Of a DNA stretch of 64,000 nucleotides, positions 25,434-37,168 are shown in pieces. A program made the position numbers and the translations under genes. Origin of the DNA: Nemertoderma westbladi (taxonomy: Eukaryota; Animalia; Xenacoelomorpha); the NCBI GenBank assembly GCA_032718475.1, contig JAUCBJ010009100.1, forward strand, positions 62,001 through 126,000, written 5' to 3'. The notes beneath the pieces were generated by a model. It was not told the origin of the DNA, ran no database searches, and was given only the letters and a program-made list of their open reading frames with translations. The stretch's first letter is position 1. Each line of letters starts with the position of its first letter.

Positions 25434-28033
25434 ATGGACCCAAATCGCCAAATTATCGGCGAATTACGTAACACGATAGATCTACTGGAATATTCGCAAC
25501 CCGGATCCCCTGACTTTGATACCAATTGGAGCACCCTGCTAAATGAGAACGTGCGAGTCGTTAAATTCACCGGGCGAGAGGGACTGGATTCCAAGAATCT
25601 ACAAGCCCTCCGGTTAGCCGATGCTAGTACGAGACTGAAAAGAACTCGGAACGCAAAGGCAACCGGAGGGGACGAGTCGTCGTTTTGGGAAACATTCCGA
25701 CAAAGCGTCTACAAATCCCAATGTTTGATCTACGACAACGAGGGAAACGCGACACCCACCTCGAAAGCGATTATGTTGGCGAGATGTCAAAGTTTCGTCG
25801 ACGACAAGAGTACATACCTCGCCCACTGGGGAAACCTGTCGGAGTGTACGGCGACGCTTCGAGAGGAACGCATATCGATTATCCAGAACCGCGACGACTA
25901 CCAGGATAAGTACGGGGCGAAAGAATATGGTCGATCCTTAGTCGTCGTCCTCGGAACCCTGGACGGTTTGGTACTGGTGTGCCGAATATTCCCGACACCC
26001 AGACAGGAAGTGCAGGCAGCCGGAGCGATCTGGTTGCTACCTCCAGAAATCCAAAAGATCCTCTTCGACTTCGACGTCATTAAAATCGGGTCGGATATCA
26101 AGGCGGACGTCCGGAACGACTACGCGAACGCTCCTCTAGGAAGAAACCGACGAGACGACCTCAACGCCCTTAGCCATTGCGTCGACACCCAAACGCTATT
26201 AGCCTGGTTACGATTCGCCGAGTTCATGCGAGGTTTCCGAGAGGTGAGACCGACGAAATCTGGTATCGGCTACCTCGCTGTGCTGAACGGTGGCATCGAC
26301 TTCAAACCCCAGAAATTTCGGGATTATAATAAATTATATGGTGGATACCCGGAATTAGAAATAAAGAGCGAGAGAGAGGGTAGATGGAAAGACGTTGACC
26401 GGAAGTGGACGATACACCAAAGGTGGGAGAATCCCGATCGACGGAACTATATCTACGTCGTTATGGAGTGCTACACCGTCGCTAAGTTTATCTGTAAGAC
26501 TCTCGATAACATCATCACGGCGGTTCCCCTTTCCTTCATCGACTACAACTGGAACGAGGTTATAAACCACACGTTCAAAGCGGTCGAGAACATTACACCG
26601 GGAGAATCGAAAACGCCCGCCGTTATCGATTCCTGGGACGAGAGCGGACCTTACGACATCCCTACGATTACCGATCTTCTCGGTGTGGAGGAGCCTCTGA
26701 TTTCCTCGGAAGGGGAAGAAATATGGCTACAGGAGGGCTTTCTATTACACACCCCGAAGCGACAACTCGAGCCGGGAGCCGCGTACGGACCGGCCGCCAA
26801 ATGGGTTGCCTCGGCCGAACCGATGACGAGAGCAGGTGCTTACACCCCACTCGGCTCCGGTAGCCCTGCGAGGGAGGTAGCCACTACCTCCGCGTTGAGC
26901 GACTTCGGCGACATATGCCAACGGTTATCCCCGTATCCTTTCCCGTGGGCAAAGACTGGTCGTCGGAGATTCCGAGTACCAGCAACCAACGGACCCGCTC
27001 AGCGATACTGGTCGAGAAGGGTCCCAGCGATGCGCCGACCCCCGACGATCTCCTCGGTATCCCTCCGTCGAAAACCCCGGCACCTCTTCGCCGACCAGCG
27101 GTGGCTACTACACCCTCCGTTCCTCAGGACCCTATGCGACTAACCCGTTGGTACGCCGAGCAAACTGAATGGATCCACCGCCAGAAACGGTCGTCTGAGT
27201 TGAGACCAGCGGGACACAAAGAAGGTTATCGTAGCGAGGACCTACTACGCAAAAGCCTAGCATTCCACGGGCTACCGGCCACCGCGAATATTCAGAAGAG
27301 CGACCGACGACTCGAATATTACGTCGGCATCCCGATTCCGATATTCCCCGGTCGAGAGATGCAATTGGAGGTTTGCGGCAACTGCGGTTCGGAGCAGTGC
27401 CCACGCGGTAAAAGGAATCGGGTTACCGATTCGTGCCTCCAGCTCATCGGGATACTCTATTGCCCACACTGTGCGACATCGGGCCACGACGTTTCCGTCT
27501 GTCCGATCCTATACAACCTCTGCACCACGTGCGGTTTCCGTGGGCATTCCTCTAGCCCCCGCTGCTATATCAAATGTCCCACTAAAGACGTTACCGCTAT
27601 GGGAAATTTGGTTATGTTCGAAACCTATGCGAACAACCACGTGAAGACTAAAGTGAGGAGAAACGCTCGGAATATTGCGCAGGAGATGGCGTGCGGGTAT
27701 TTCTCCTTCCCGGAATGCCTCCCCACGTCGGCCACGCTACCTTTCCATTACGTGGATCTGCTACTGAGTGCCGGATTATTCGGACCTTTCGAAGTCATTA
27801 GACGATTATACTCGTATAAAGAGGAGTTCAGTGACGGAGAGTGGTTCCTAGAGGCACGCAAGTCCGAGTTGGAAAGACGAACCGACATGATCCCGATGCC
27901 ATCGAAAGGAAGAGCCCCCAGGAGACAAGCCGAAGCGTTGCTCACGATGGATGTTGACGCTCCTCTACCAGCCATAGCGATCGATGAGAGTCGACGGGCG
28001 AAGAGACGAAAGGCGTATCAGAGAAAGAAATAG
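25434..28033 (+). pseudogene. Extra ORF3 of copy 1: DEDDy 3'-5' exonuclease-like domain plus CCHC zinc knuckles, frameshifted near 26945
   Basis: Track ORFs 25434-27143 and 26915-28033 join into the protein that is continuous in copy 2. Motifs IYDNE, LPPEIQKILFDFDVIKIGSDIKAD, W..P....Y.Y...E, CPHC...GH....C and CTTC...GH.....C. Confidence 0.8.
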
Positions 28034-28213
28034 TGGACCGGGATATTCCAGGAACATTAAAATGAACATTTATTTTTATACACATATATATCTATAAACT
28101 CTAGGCCAAATTAATTATGACTATGCAATATTAAATTTGGGTTTTTTATATTGGGAATGACCTACGCAAACTCAATCTACCGATAGACCTCACGAAGGTC
28201 ATTGGGGGGGGAC

Positions 28214-29778
28214 TGTTCGCGGTATTTCAACTTTTCATAATGCGAGTTGAATATTTTTTGTATTTATTTAAAATTGTTTATTCCGATATTATTACTGGGT
28301 GCGGGACCATGGGTTTTGGGCACATTCAATAAACTGGGGGCGATTTATGGGCGAACTTTGGGGCAACTTACAGGGTACGGGAATAATTTCATAGTTATAA
28401 GGGCCAGGGGTGGGAGGCAAAGTTAAGCAGTATTCAGGTTAGGATTTGGTAATGCGCCAGGACTAAAGGACAAGGACTGCCCTTAGCGGTCCCTGGCCAA
28501 CAGCAGTTATTACGAGACTGAAAAGAACTCGGAACGCTGACTGCTTGTGTCAGGGATTCGCGATGGGAAACGACAGCCCCCTTAGCTAAGCCGTACTGGT
28601 TCTCGATGACCGATCCCTTCGGGGTTCGCGAGGGGTGGGACGGACATGCGAAAGGGTGGCTGACTAACGACTGCCCCCTGAGCTAAGCCGTACTGGTTCT
28701 CGATGACCGATCCCTTCGGGGTTCGCGAGGGGTGGGACGGACATGCGAAAGGGCTGGCCAAGACGGGTTTGACGAGGACTGCCCTTAGCGGTCTCTGGTC
28801 AACGGCAGCTATTACGAGACTGAAAAGAACTCGGAACGCTGACTGCTTGTGTCAGGGATTCGCGACGGGCAATGACAGCCCCCTTACCTAAGCCGTACTG
28901 GTTCTCGATGACCGATCCCTTCGGGGTTCGCGAGGGGTGGGACGGACATGCGAAAGGGCGGCCGACTTACAGAGGAAGGGTTTGACGAGGACTGCCCTTA
29001 GCAGTCTCTGGTCAACAGCAGTTATTACGAGCCTGAAAAGGACATCGGAACGCCGGCTGCTTGTACCAGGGATTTGCGACAGGAACCGACGACAGACCCC
29101 TGAGCTAAGCCGTACTGGTTCTCGATGATCGTTCCCTTTGGGGTTCGTGAGGGGTGGGACGGACATGCGACGGGGTCGAAAGACAAAGGACTGGACGCTA
29201 CTGGCCTACCGACTGTTCGGAGCAGTTTCTCGGCTGCCGAAGCGACTACGAGCCTGAATAAGGACTCGGAAAGCCTAGGTGGTCGGGTCTCTGCGATGAA
29301 CTGACGGACCCTTAGCTAAGCCGTACTGGTTCTCGATGATCGAACCCTTCGGGGTTCGGGAGGGGTGGGACGGATGCGCGAACGGGTCCACCAACACGAC
29401 AGACTCCTAGCCAAGCCGTGCTGGTTCTCGATGATCGATCCCTTCGGGGTTCGGGAGGGGTGGAACGGACACGCGACAGGGTCGACCGACACCGACACTA
29501 CGGCACTAAGACCAGGACTGGGGAACATTAGGTAGGCTAAAATCTGGGGAACATTGGGTAGGCTAAAATCTGAGCGAACAGTGGGTAATTAAATAATATA
29601 CTGTAGGGACTTATATTGTCGTGTATAATTATTGTGAATATTTGGTGTATATTGATTTGGGGAAGCCCAAAATTATTCTCAATCAGGTTTCAACTGTAGG
29701 AAGTTACATTAAAGAGTATATCCAACCAATGCGACTTTTCCTCAACCGCAATCCTGCATTTAAGAAATTCCTCCTTCT
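28214..29778 (+). repeat. 3' LTR of copy 1 (type B), truncated; array at 28479-29482, order B A A B A B A C A A
   Basis: Follows the PPT. Near-identical to the reverse complement of the 5' LTR of copy 2. Breaks at TTCCTCCTTCT|AATTAG. Confidence 0.95.
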
Positions 29779-29948
29779 AATTAGACTCCTAATTGTACAT
29801 GTACCCAATGTGACCGGTACTACTGTACTATGGTACAGCTGTAGGCCGAAATACTGCAAGCTGTCGCAAACTATCTGACTGTACCGATCCGGTTTAGCCT
29901 TACATAACTATAGACCTTTTCTGGTGAATTACACAAACTGTGATAATA

Positions 29949-30989
29949 ATGGCGCCGACAAAGATAGATACAAATTCACTTAATGCGCGCATGGACCGGC
30001 TCGAAAACCTACTAACTAAAGTATCTAATAACCTAGAGAGAATTGACAACCAACTAAACCCGTCTGACGGATCTCCTTCCTTAATACAGTCAATTACTCA
30101 ACTGAAGCAAGACAATTCAACACTTCGAAAAGATAATGGTAATTTGATATCCGAAATTAACATTTTATCTGCGAGAATCGATAAATCTGAACTTGCCAAC
30201 GATTCCCTTGCCCAGTACGTACGACGTAACAACGTGCTATTCCACGGAATCGAGGAGGGAAATAACAAATCCGATAGGTTAGCTATTGAAAGGATCGTAG
30301 AGTTTTGCGGGGTCGATATTAATGATATCGACGTATCTCACCGATTAGGTCAACCGAAAGCGGGTAAGCGTCGTCCAATAGTTGTACGGTTCCTACATCA
30401 TGCTACTCGTTACGCAATCTTCTCCAGGAAATCCGATTTCAAGGACGGGTTCTATTCGACGGACCACCTGACACCATTTCGCGCGGAACTCCTTCGAGAA
30501 GCAACGAAATTAAAGAAGGAGGGTAGAATATACGCCAAGTACTCGTCCAACGGAAACGTACAGATTCGCATTGAACGCGATTCTCTACCGAGAAACATCA
30601 ACTCATTGCACGATATCAAAGATATTACTGCAAATACATCCACTCATAGTGTTACTCAACGACCGAATAAGAAGTCTCTTCAAGGAGGTCCTAGTCGAGA
30701 CAAACGAGTTACCAGGAGTTCATCTCTAGGGGGTGGCGGGCATTCCAACCGGGATGGTAAGAAGGTGAATAAGAACGCGCTCCCAGGTTCGTACCCGGCG
30801 GTTGATCCGACCCATCCATCTGTGGACGTCAAGCTCTCCTCCAATTCGCCATCGATTAATAACCTGGAAAGTGAAGACATCATTGTCGACGAAATCGACG
30901 CCGTTACCACCTTCCAACAACGCCAGAATAGTTCGCCAATTACTCCCTCTTTAAATCCTTATAACTCTCTGGACTGTGATGGAAATTAA
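29949..30989 (+). CDS. ORF1: LINE ORF1p (coiled coil plus RRM-type domain)
   Basis: QYVRRNNVLFHGIEE, IDVSHRLG, RPIVVRF and DHLT motifs typical of CR1/L2-type ORF1. First ATG at 29949. Confidence 0.85.
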   Translation: MAPTKIDTNSLNARMDRLENLLTKVSNNLERIDNQLNPSDGSPSLIQSITQLKQDNSTLRKDNGNLISEINILSARIDKSELANDSLAQYVRRNNVLFHGIEEGNNKSDRLAIERIVEFCGVDINDIDVSHRLGQPKAGKRRPIVVRFLHHATRYAIFSRKSDFKDGFYSTDHLTPFRAELLREATKLKKEGRIYAKYSSNGNVQIRIERDSLPRNINSLHDIKDITANTSTHSVTQRPNKKSLQGGPSRDKRVTRSSSLGGGGHSNRDGKKVNKNALPGSYPAVDPTHPSVDVKLSSNSPSINNLESEDIIVDEIDAVTTFQQRQNSSPITPSLNPYNSLDCDGN

Positions 30990-31334
30990 TACGCATAGGA
31001 TCCTAGGAAACCCCTAATCTGGTCATCCAGAAAGGCAATTCAAATTATTATTAACTCTTGGAATAATTTACAGAATTAATTTAACTGACTTACAATATCA
31101 CTAGTGGCCCATATATGGTCAGGGCTTAACGGGATGTACTGATTTATTAATATTATATATTATAACATAGTGTATAATATATATCCATTGTATTAAGCGA
31201 CAGTATGCAGTGTGCAGGCTGTCAGCTGAGGCATTATTGCAGGTGGGAAGATTGATACGAACTCTAATTGTAGCAATTCATGTGCTCTCTGTTTTTCAGG
31301 ATTCAAAAATAACGATAATACCATTTTATGCGCG

Positions 31335-34300
31335 GTGTGTAGAAACAGTTATCACCAGCAGTGTGGAACTTGCCTGACATATGGAGAAACCGCAGAGCTT
31401 GAACAGTCTCAGTTTTTTACGAGTCACTACTGCATTTTTTGTTTACAAGGGATTTTTCCTTTTAGCGATATTCCGTCTAACGACTATGATATTTTTGGAA
31501 TTTCCGACGATTTATACTTGCTCAACGAAAATGCTGATAATCCTAGTTTTGCTACTATTGATCCGGATAATAACATTCAAAATTTAGCGCGAAATAGCGA
31601 ATACTATAATGATACTAAATTTAACAGTGAAATCGAGCGTATAGGTTCTCATCATAACTCTTTTTCTGTATATCACCTAAATTGTAGAAGCCTAAACAAT
31701 AATCTTTCTTACACTGCTGAATTTTTAAGTACATTAGACGAAGATTTTGATGTTATCACTTTTACTGAAACATTAGTAGGTGCTAAAGACAATCACTGTA
31801 AATTAAAACTTGACAACTATGTAGGACCGCTACTATCAGACAGACCAGAGGGACGTTCCTCAGGTTCCGGTTGGGGTGTGGGAATTTACATTAAGGATAC
31901 GCTAACCTTTACGGAACGAGACGACTTGACTGTGTCGGGAATTCATAATAAATGGATCCAAATTAAAAAATCCAACAATAAGTCCTTAGTGTTAGGTGTA
32001 ATATACAGACCACCGTCTGTCAATTACAATAATTTTATTAATATTCTAGAACCCGCATTGGCGAAAGTATCTGATAAAAATATAGATATCGTCCTCACTG
32101 GTGACTTCAATGTTAACTTAAACAAAATGACATCAGAAAGTGCACGATACTTACAGATACTTTCATCATACGGATTTTCCCAATTAATAAAACAACCCAC
32201 TCGAATTGCACACGGTGCTAATTCAACGCTTGACCATATTATTACTAATATTACGAATGATTTTACTACTGCCGGCGTTTTTTTATCAGAAATTGGCACA
32301 ACAGACCACCTTGGAACATTTGCGTTATTTCATAATTATTCTGCTTTTTTCAAACAACCCAATACTAAAATGTGCTATGATTATAGCAAATTTAACTTAA
32401 ATAGTTTTTTGCTCGACCTTTCATTACCACCTCTCGCAGCTTACCGATCCCATAATATACCGACAGATAAAAAATTCGACACTTTTTACAATTCTTTTGA
32501 TCAATTATGCCAAAAACACTTACCTAAAAAAATAATTACAAAAAGAAAAATTGCACGCAAACCATGGCTAACTCCTTTGCTAATTAAATCAATTTCTAAA
32601 AAAAATAAATTATATGAAAAATATATTAAATCACCGTGTTCTGAAACCCAAAAAGCCTATAAAACATATCGTAATAATTTAACGACTGTAATCAGAGCCG
32701 CTGAAAAATCATTCTATAATCAAGAATTTTTAAAAAACAAAGGAAATATGCGCAAGACGTGGTCTGTAATTAACTCTGTATTACACAAAAATAAGAAATC
32801 CCTAAGCCCTACCAAAATTGCTTTCAGAACAGAAGTAGGGGCAAAAATAACGTCTGATCCCCATAAAATAGCATCTATTTTCAACGAACATTTTTCAACT
32901 ATTGGACCAAAACTTGCCAGTACAATACCCCGATCTAACCGATGCCCTACCCGCCACATTAACCATCGACACTCGAATTCATTTACTCTTATTGAAACTT
33001 CTGTAGCTGAAATTCACTACCTACTTTTACAAATAAATGAAAACAGCGCTACTAATGACAACTTTCCCAGTAAATTATTAAAAATTGCTGCTGAACACAT
33101 TGCACCTCATCTAGCATATTTATTTAACCTATGTATCACAACAGGTCATTATCCAGTTTCTCTTAAACAATCTAAAATAATCCCATGTTTTAAGGGGGGT
33201 GATCCACTAGATTCTAATAACTATAGGCCAATATCATTATTGCCAGTTTTTACAAAAATTCTAGAACAGGTTATATACTCACAGCTTCAATCTTATTTAG
33301 ATCGTTTCTGTATTTTGACTGCATCACAATTCGGTTTTCGAAAGAGGATTTCTACGGCTTCGGCTATTCTAACGGTTACAGAAAAAATTAGATTTCACCT
33401 TGACTCAAAAGAATCTATCTGCGCAATTTATCTAGATTTAAAAAAAGCGTTTGATACGCTGAACCACTCTACCTTATTTAAAAAATTAGAATCTTACGGA
33501 ATTCGAGGCACCCCCCAGACTTTACTTAGGAGTTTTCTAACAGACCGTACACAATCAGTATCCTTAAATGGCGTAATCTCACCCACTCTTCCGGTAACCT
33601 GCGGAACGCCCCAGGGTTCAGTCCTTTCACCATTGCTGTTTCTTTTATATGTGAACGACTTACCGGACGCATCCAAATTTTTGACAACTTTATTTGCCGA
33701 CGATACGACGTTACTGGGCTTCAATTCAGACTTAAATTTATTGATTAACAACACAAACACTGAACTGGAAAAAATTTCGGACTGGCTTATAGACAACTCA
33801 TTATCACTTAATCTTAGTAAAACAGAATACTCTATTTTTAGTAACAAAAACTGTCTTGGACTACCGAAAGTTAAAATTAAAGCCAATGAAATTACTAAGG
33901 TAAATAGCACTAAGTACTTAGGTATCTTTATCGATGACAATTTGAGCTGGAAAACGCATATAAATTACATCCTTAAAAAAATATCTAGATCCTCCGGACT
34001 TTTTTATAAATTAAGACACTTTTTCCCAAGCCAAATTTTACGTACGCTGTATTATACATTAATTAATCCTTACATCACTTATGGAATTCTTGCTTGGGGT
34101 ACTGCCTGCAAATCAATAACACGTCCACTAAGAATTAAAGTTAATAAAATCTTGCGTTGCATAACATTTAGTGACTACCGGGCTCACTCTGTGCCACTTT
34201 ACAAATCACTAAATGTTTTGCCAATCGAATCTATATTTGAATTACAATTAGGCCAGTTAATGTACGATATATCAAAATCTTCTAATAATCACCCTCTTTC

Positions 34301-34523
34301 AAATTTTTTTACTAAATTGTCTGATATTCATTTATATAACACCCGTTCATCTACTTTAGGCAAATTCGTAGTACCGTTAACCCGTCTCAATGTAGCACAC
34401 CAAGGATTATCAGTCACTGGGCCAGTATTGTGGAACAGTCTCCCCTCTAGTCTAATTATTAGCAAATCTAAATTTTCATTTAAACGTCAATTTAAAACAT
34501 ACCTATTTGAACACATGACGTAA
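31335..34523 (+). CDS. ORF2: LINE ORF2p: PHD finger, APE endonuclease, reverse transcriptase
   Basis: HLNCRSL, FTET, GDFN, LDHI, TDH (endonuclease). NYRPISLL, QFGFR, DLKKAFD, GTPQGSVLSP, FADD (RT). The frame is open from ~31231 with CALC..CAVC..H..C..CIFC (PHD) and has no ATG before the endonuclease. Confidence 0.95.
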   Translation: MCRNSYHQQCGTCLTYGETAELEQSQFFTSHYCIFCLQGIFPFSDIPSNDYDIFGISDDLYLLNENADNPSFATIDPDNNIQNLARNSEYYNDTKFNSEIERIGSHHNSFSVYHLNCRSLNNNLSYTAEFLSTLDEDFDVITFTETLVGAKDNHCKLKLDNYVGPLLSDRPEGRSSGSGWGVGIYIKDTLTFTERDDLTVSGIHNKWIQIKKSNNKSLVLGVIYRPPSVNYNNFINILEPALAKVSDKNIDIVLTGDFNVNLNKMTSESARYLQILSSYGFSQLIKQPTRIAHGANSTLDHIITNITNDFTTAGVFLSEIGTTDHLGTFALFHNYSAFFKQPNTKMCYDYSKFNLNSFLLDLSLPPLAAYRSHNIPTDKKFDTFYNSFDQLCQKHLPKKIITKRKIARKPWLTPLLIKSISKKNKLYEKYIKSPCSETQKAYKTYRNNLTTVIRAAEKSFYNQEFLKNKGNMRKTWSVINSVLHKNKKSLSPTKIAFRTEVGAKITSDPHKIASIFNEHFSTIGPKLASTIPRSNRCPTRHINHRHSNSFTLIETSVAEIHYLLLQINENSATNDNFPSKLLKIAAEHIAPHLAYLFNLCITTGHYPVSLKQSKIIPCFKGGDPLDSNNYRPISLLPVFTKILEQVIYSQLQSYLDRFCILTASQFGFRKRISTASAILTVTEKIRFHLDSKESICAIYLDLKKAFDTLNHSTLFKKLESYGIRGTPQTLLRSFLTDRTQSVSLNGVISPTLPVTCGTPQGSVLSPLLFLLYVNDLPDASKFLTTLFADDTTLLGFNSDLNLLINNTNTELEKISDWLIDNSLSLNLSKTEYSIFSNKNCLGLPKVKIKANEITKVNSTKYLGIFIDDNLSWKTHINYILKKISRSSGLFYKLRHFFPSQILRTLYYTLINPYITYGILAWGTACKSITRPLRIKVNKILRCITFSDYRAHSVPLYKSLNVLPIESIFELQLGQLMYDISKSSNNHPLSNFFTKLSDIHLYNTRSSTLGKFVVPLTRLNVAHQGLSVTGPVLWNSLPSSLIISKSKFSFKRQFKTYLFEHMT

Positions 34524-34932
34524 CGTCATAATAATACATTACACAATATCTCCCTATATGTCTGGCTCTATCTTATTATATTTCCTTCTCACATACACTG
34601 CGACTGGACTGTTTCTTCACTACAGTGTATTGTAAAATGGTTAATTAAATTATTATATTTCCTTGTGATCCTGATCAACAATTATTAAAGGTTTATAACA
34701 GTTCTTATTTTATCTTTTTTCAAATATATAATACTTAGTTACATATACAGTACATTTACCCTTGGTCGGTTGGCAGCCTCGACTAGCCTGGCTATTGCTG
34801 CAACCCTTACCAACCCACCGCCTCGCACACTGCATACACATTTTCTTTTTATTCCATTACAACTAAACTGTGCTTTGGTGATGGTTCTAATTATAACATT
34901 TTCCTATAAATAACAATAAACTTAAACTTAAA

Positions 34933-35181
34933 CTAAGTCGGACTTTTCGAACAGTAGTACCTTGGCCGCGAAAATTTCCTCTCTGGTGTAAATCTCGTTA
35001 GAACGATACGAACTACCCGATCCATTGTGCTCGAAGACATTCCTTGCATAATCAGAGTTAGACATGCATTTACAATTACTATATTCCCATTACTACTACT
35101 ATTTCCAGTCTGATTGGCAGTACCAGCGCCGGTACCGGTAGTACCAGTATCAGCTACACTTCCTTCAGTCATGTCAGTCAT
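34933..35181 (-). pseudogene. N-terminal fragment of another LINE ORF1
   Basis: VIVNACLTLI...IVLTRFTP followed, after a frameshift, by EEIFAAKVLLFEK. This resembles the 'VNELL..F...EEI..AK..L' N-terminus of CR1/L2-group ORF1. Confidence 0.55.
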
Positions 35182-37073
35182 AGATTTGCTATATCTAACT
35201 CTTAGATTTACTATATCTAACTAATAGATTTACTATATCTAACTCATAGATTTGCTATATCTAACTCTTAGATTTACTATATCTAACTAATAGATTTACT
35301 ATATCTAACTCATAGATTTACTATATCTAACTCATAGATTTACTATATCTAACTCATAGATTTACTATATCTAACTCATAGATTTACTATATCTAACTCA
35401 TAGATTTACTATATCTAACTCTTAGATTTACTATATCTAACTCATAGATTTACTATATCTAACTCATAGATTTACTACATCTAACTCATAGATTTACTAT
35501 ATCTAACTCGTAGATTTACTATATCTAACTCATAGATTTACCATATCTAACTAATAGATTTACTATATCTAACTAATAGATTTACTATATCTAACTCATA
35601 GATTTACTATATCTAACTCATAGATTTACTATATCTAACTAATATATTTACTATATCTAACTAATATATTTACTATATCTAACTCTTAGATTTACTATAT
35701 CTAACTCATAGATTTACTATATCTAACTAATAGATTTACTATATCTAACTCATAGATTTACTATATCTAACTCATAGATTTACTATATCTAACTCATAGA
35801 TTTACTATATCTAACTAATAGATTTACTATATCTAACTCATAGATTTGCTATATCTAACTCTTAGATTTACTATATGTAACTAATAGATTTACTATATCT
35901 AACTCATAGATTTGCTATATCTAACTCTTAGATTTACTATATCTAACTAATAGATTTACTATATCTAACTCATAGATTTACTATATCTAACTAATAGATT
36001 TACTATATCTAACTCATAGATTTGCTATATCTAACTATTAGATTTACTATATCGAACTAATAGATTTACTATATCTAACTCATAGATTTACTATATCTAA
36101 CTCATAGATTTACTATATCTAACTCATAGATTTACTATATCTAACTCATAGATTTACTATATCTAACTCTTAGATTTACTATATCTAACTAAAAGATTTA
36201 CTATATCTAACTCATAGATTTGCTATATCTAACTCTTAGATTTACTATATCTAACTAATAGATTTACTATATCTAACTCATAGATTTACTATATCTAACT
36301 CATAGATTTACTATATCTAACTCTTAGATTTACTATATCTAACTCATAGATTTACCATATCTAACTAATAGATTTACTATATCTAACTAATAGATTTACT
36401 ATATCTAACTAATAGATTTACTATATCTAACTCATAGATTTACTATATCTAACTCATAGATTTACTATATCTAACTCATAGATTTACTATAACTAACTCT
36501 TAGATTTACTATATCTAACTCATAGATTTACTATATCTAACTCTTAGATTTACTATATCTAACTCTTAGATTTACTATATCTAACTCTTAGATTTACTAT
36601 ATCTAACTAATAGATTTACTATATCTAACTAACAGATTTACTATATTTAACTCATAGATTTACTATATCTAACTCTTAGATTTACTATATCTAACTCATA
36701 GATTTACTATATCTAACTAATAGATTTACTATATCTAACTCATAGATTTACTATATCTAACTCATAGATTTACTATATCTAACTCATAGATTTACTATAT
36801 CTAACTCTTAGATTTACTATATCTAACTCATAGATTTACTATATCTAACTCTTAGATTTACTATATCTAACTCATAGATTTACCATATCTAACTAATAGA
36901 TTTACTATATCTAACTAATAGATTTACTATATCTAACTCATAGATTTACTATATCTAACTCATAGATTTACTATATCTAACTAATAGATTTACTATATTT
37001 AACTCATAGATTTACTATATGTAACTAATAGATTTACTATATCTAACTAATAGATTTACTATATCTAACTCAT

Positions 37074-37168
37074 TATTTTATATTATTTAATTCCCTTGTA
37101 TGGTTTAAATTTCCCGCCCTTTGCTCATTTGATAATATAAATCGACCTACGGCTGTAAAAAAAAAAAA
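37074..37168 (+). mobile_element. ~95-bp poly(A) retro-insert in the satellite, copy a
   Basis: Ends in A12, flanked by duplicated ATATCTAACTCAT. Confidence 0.65.

Larger units (their letters stand above)
15169..29778 (+). mobile_element. BEL/Pao LTR retrotransposon copy 1, with extra exonuclease ORF; 3' LTR truncated by a LINE
   Basis: LTRs begin TGTTCGCGG at 15169 and 28214. PPT GGGGGGGGAC precedes 28214. BEL domain order gag-PR-RT-RH-IN. Confidence 0.95.
29779..34934 (+). mobile_element. Apparently full-length CR1/L2-group (Crack-like) LINE
   Basis: ORF1 plus uninterrupted ORF2, a 3' UTR and an (AAACTT)n tail after AATAAA. Confidence 0.9.

Noticed and set aside
25625-25640. 28S rRNA sarcin-ricin loop fragment (AGTACGAGA)
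   Set aside because: Only ~9-11 nt similar, with no flanking rRNA homology. Treated as a shared loop-E motif.
25434-28033. ORF3 as an envelope gene
   Set aside because: No signal peptide, fusion peptide or transmembrane segment. It has exonuclease-like and CCHC motifs instead.
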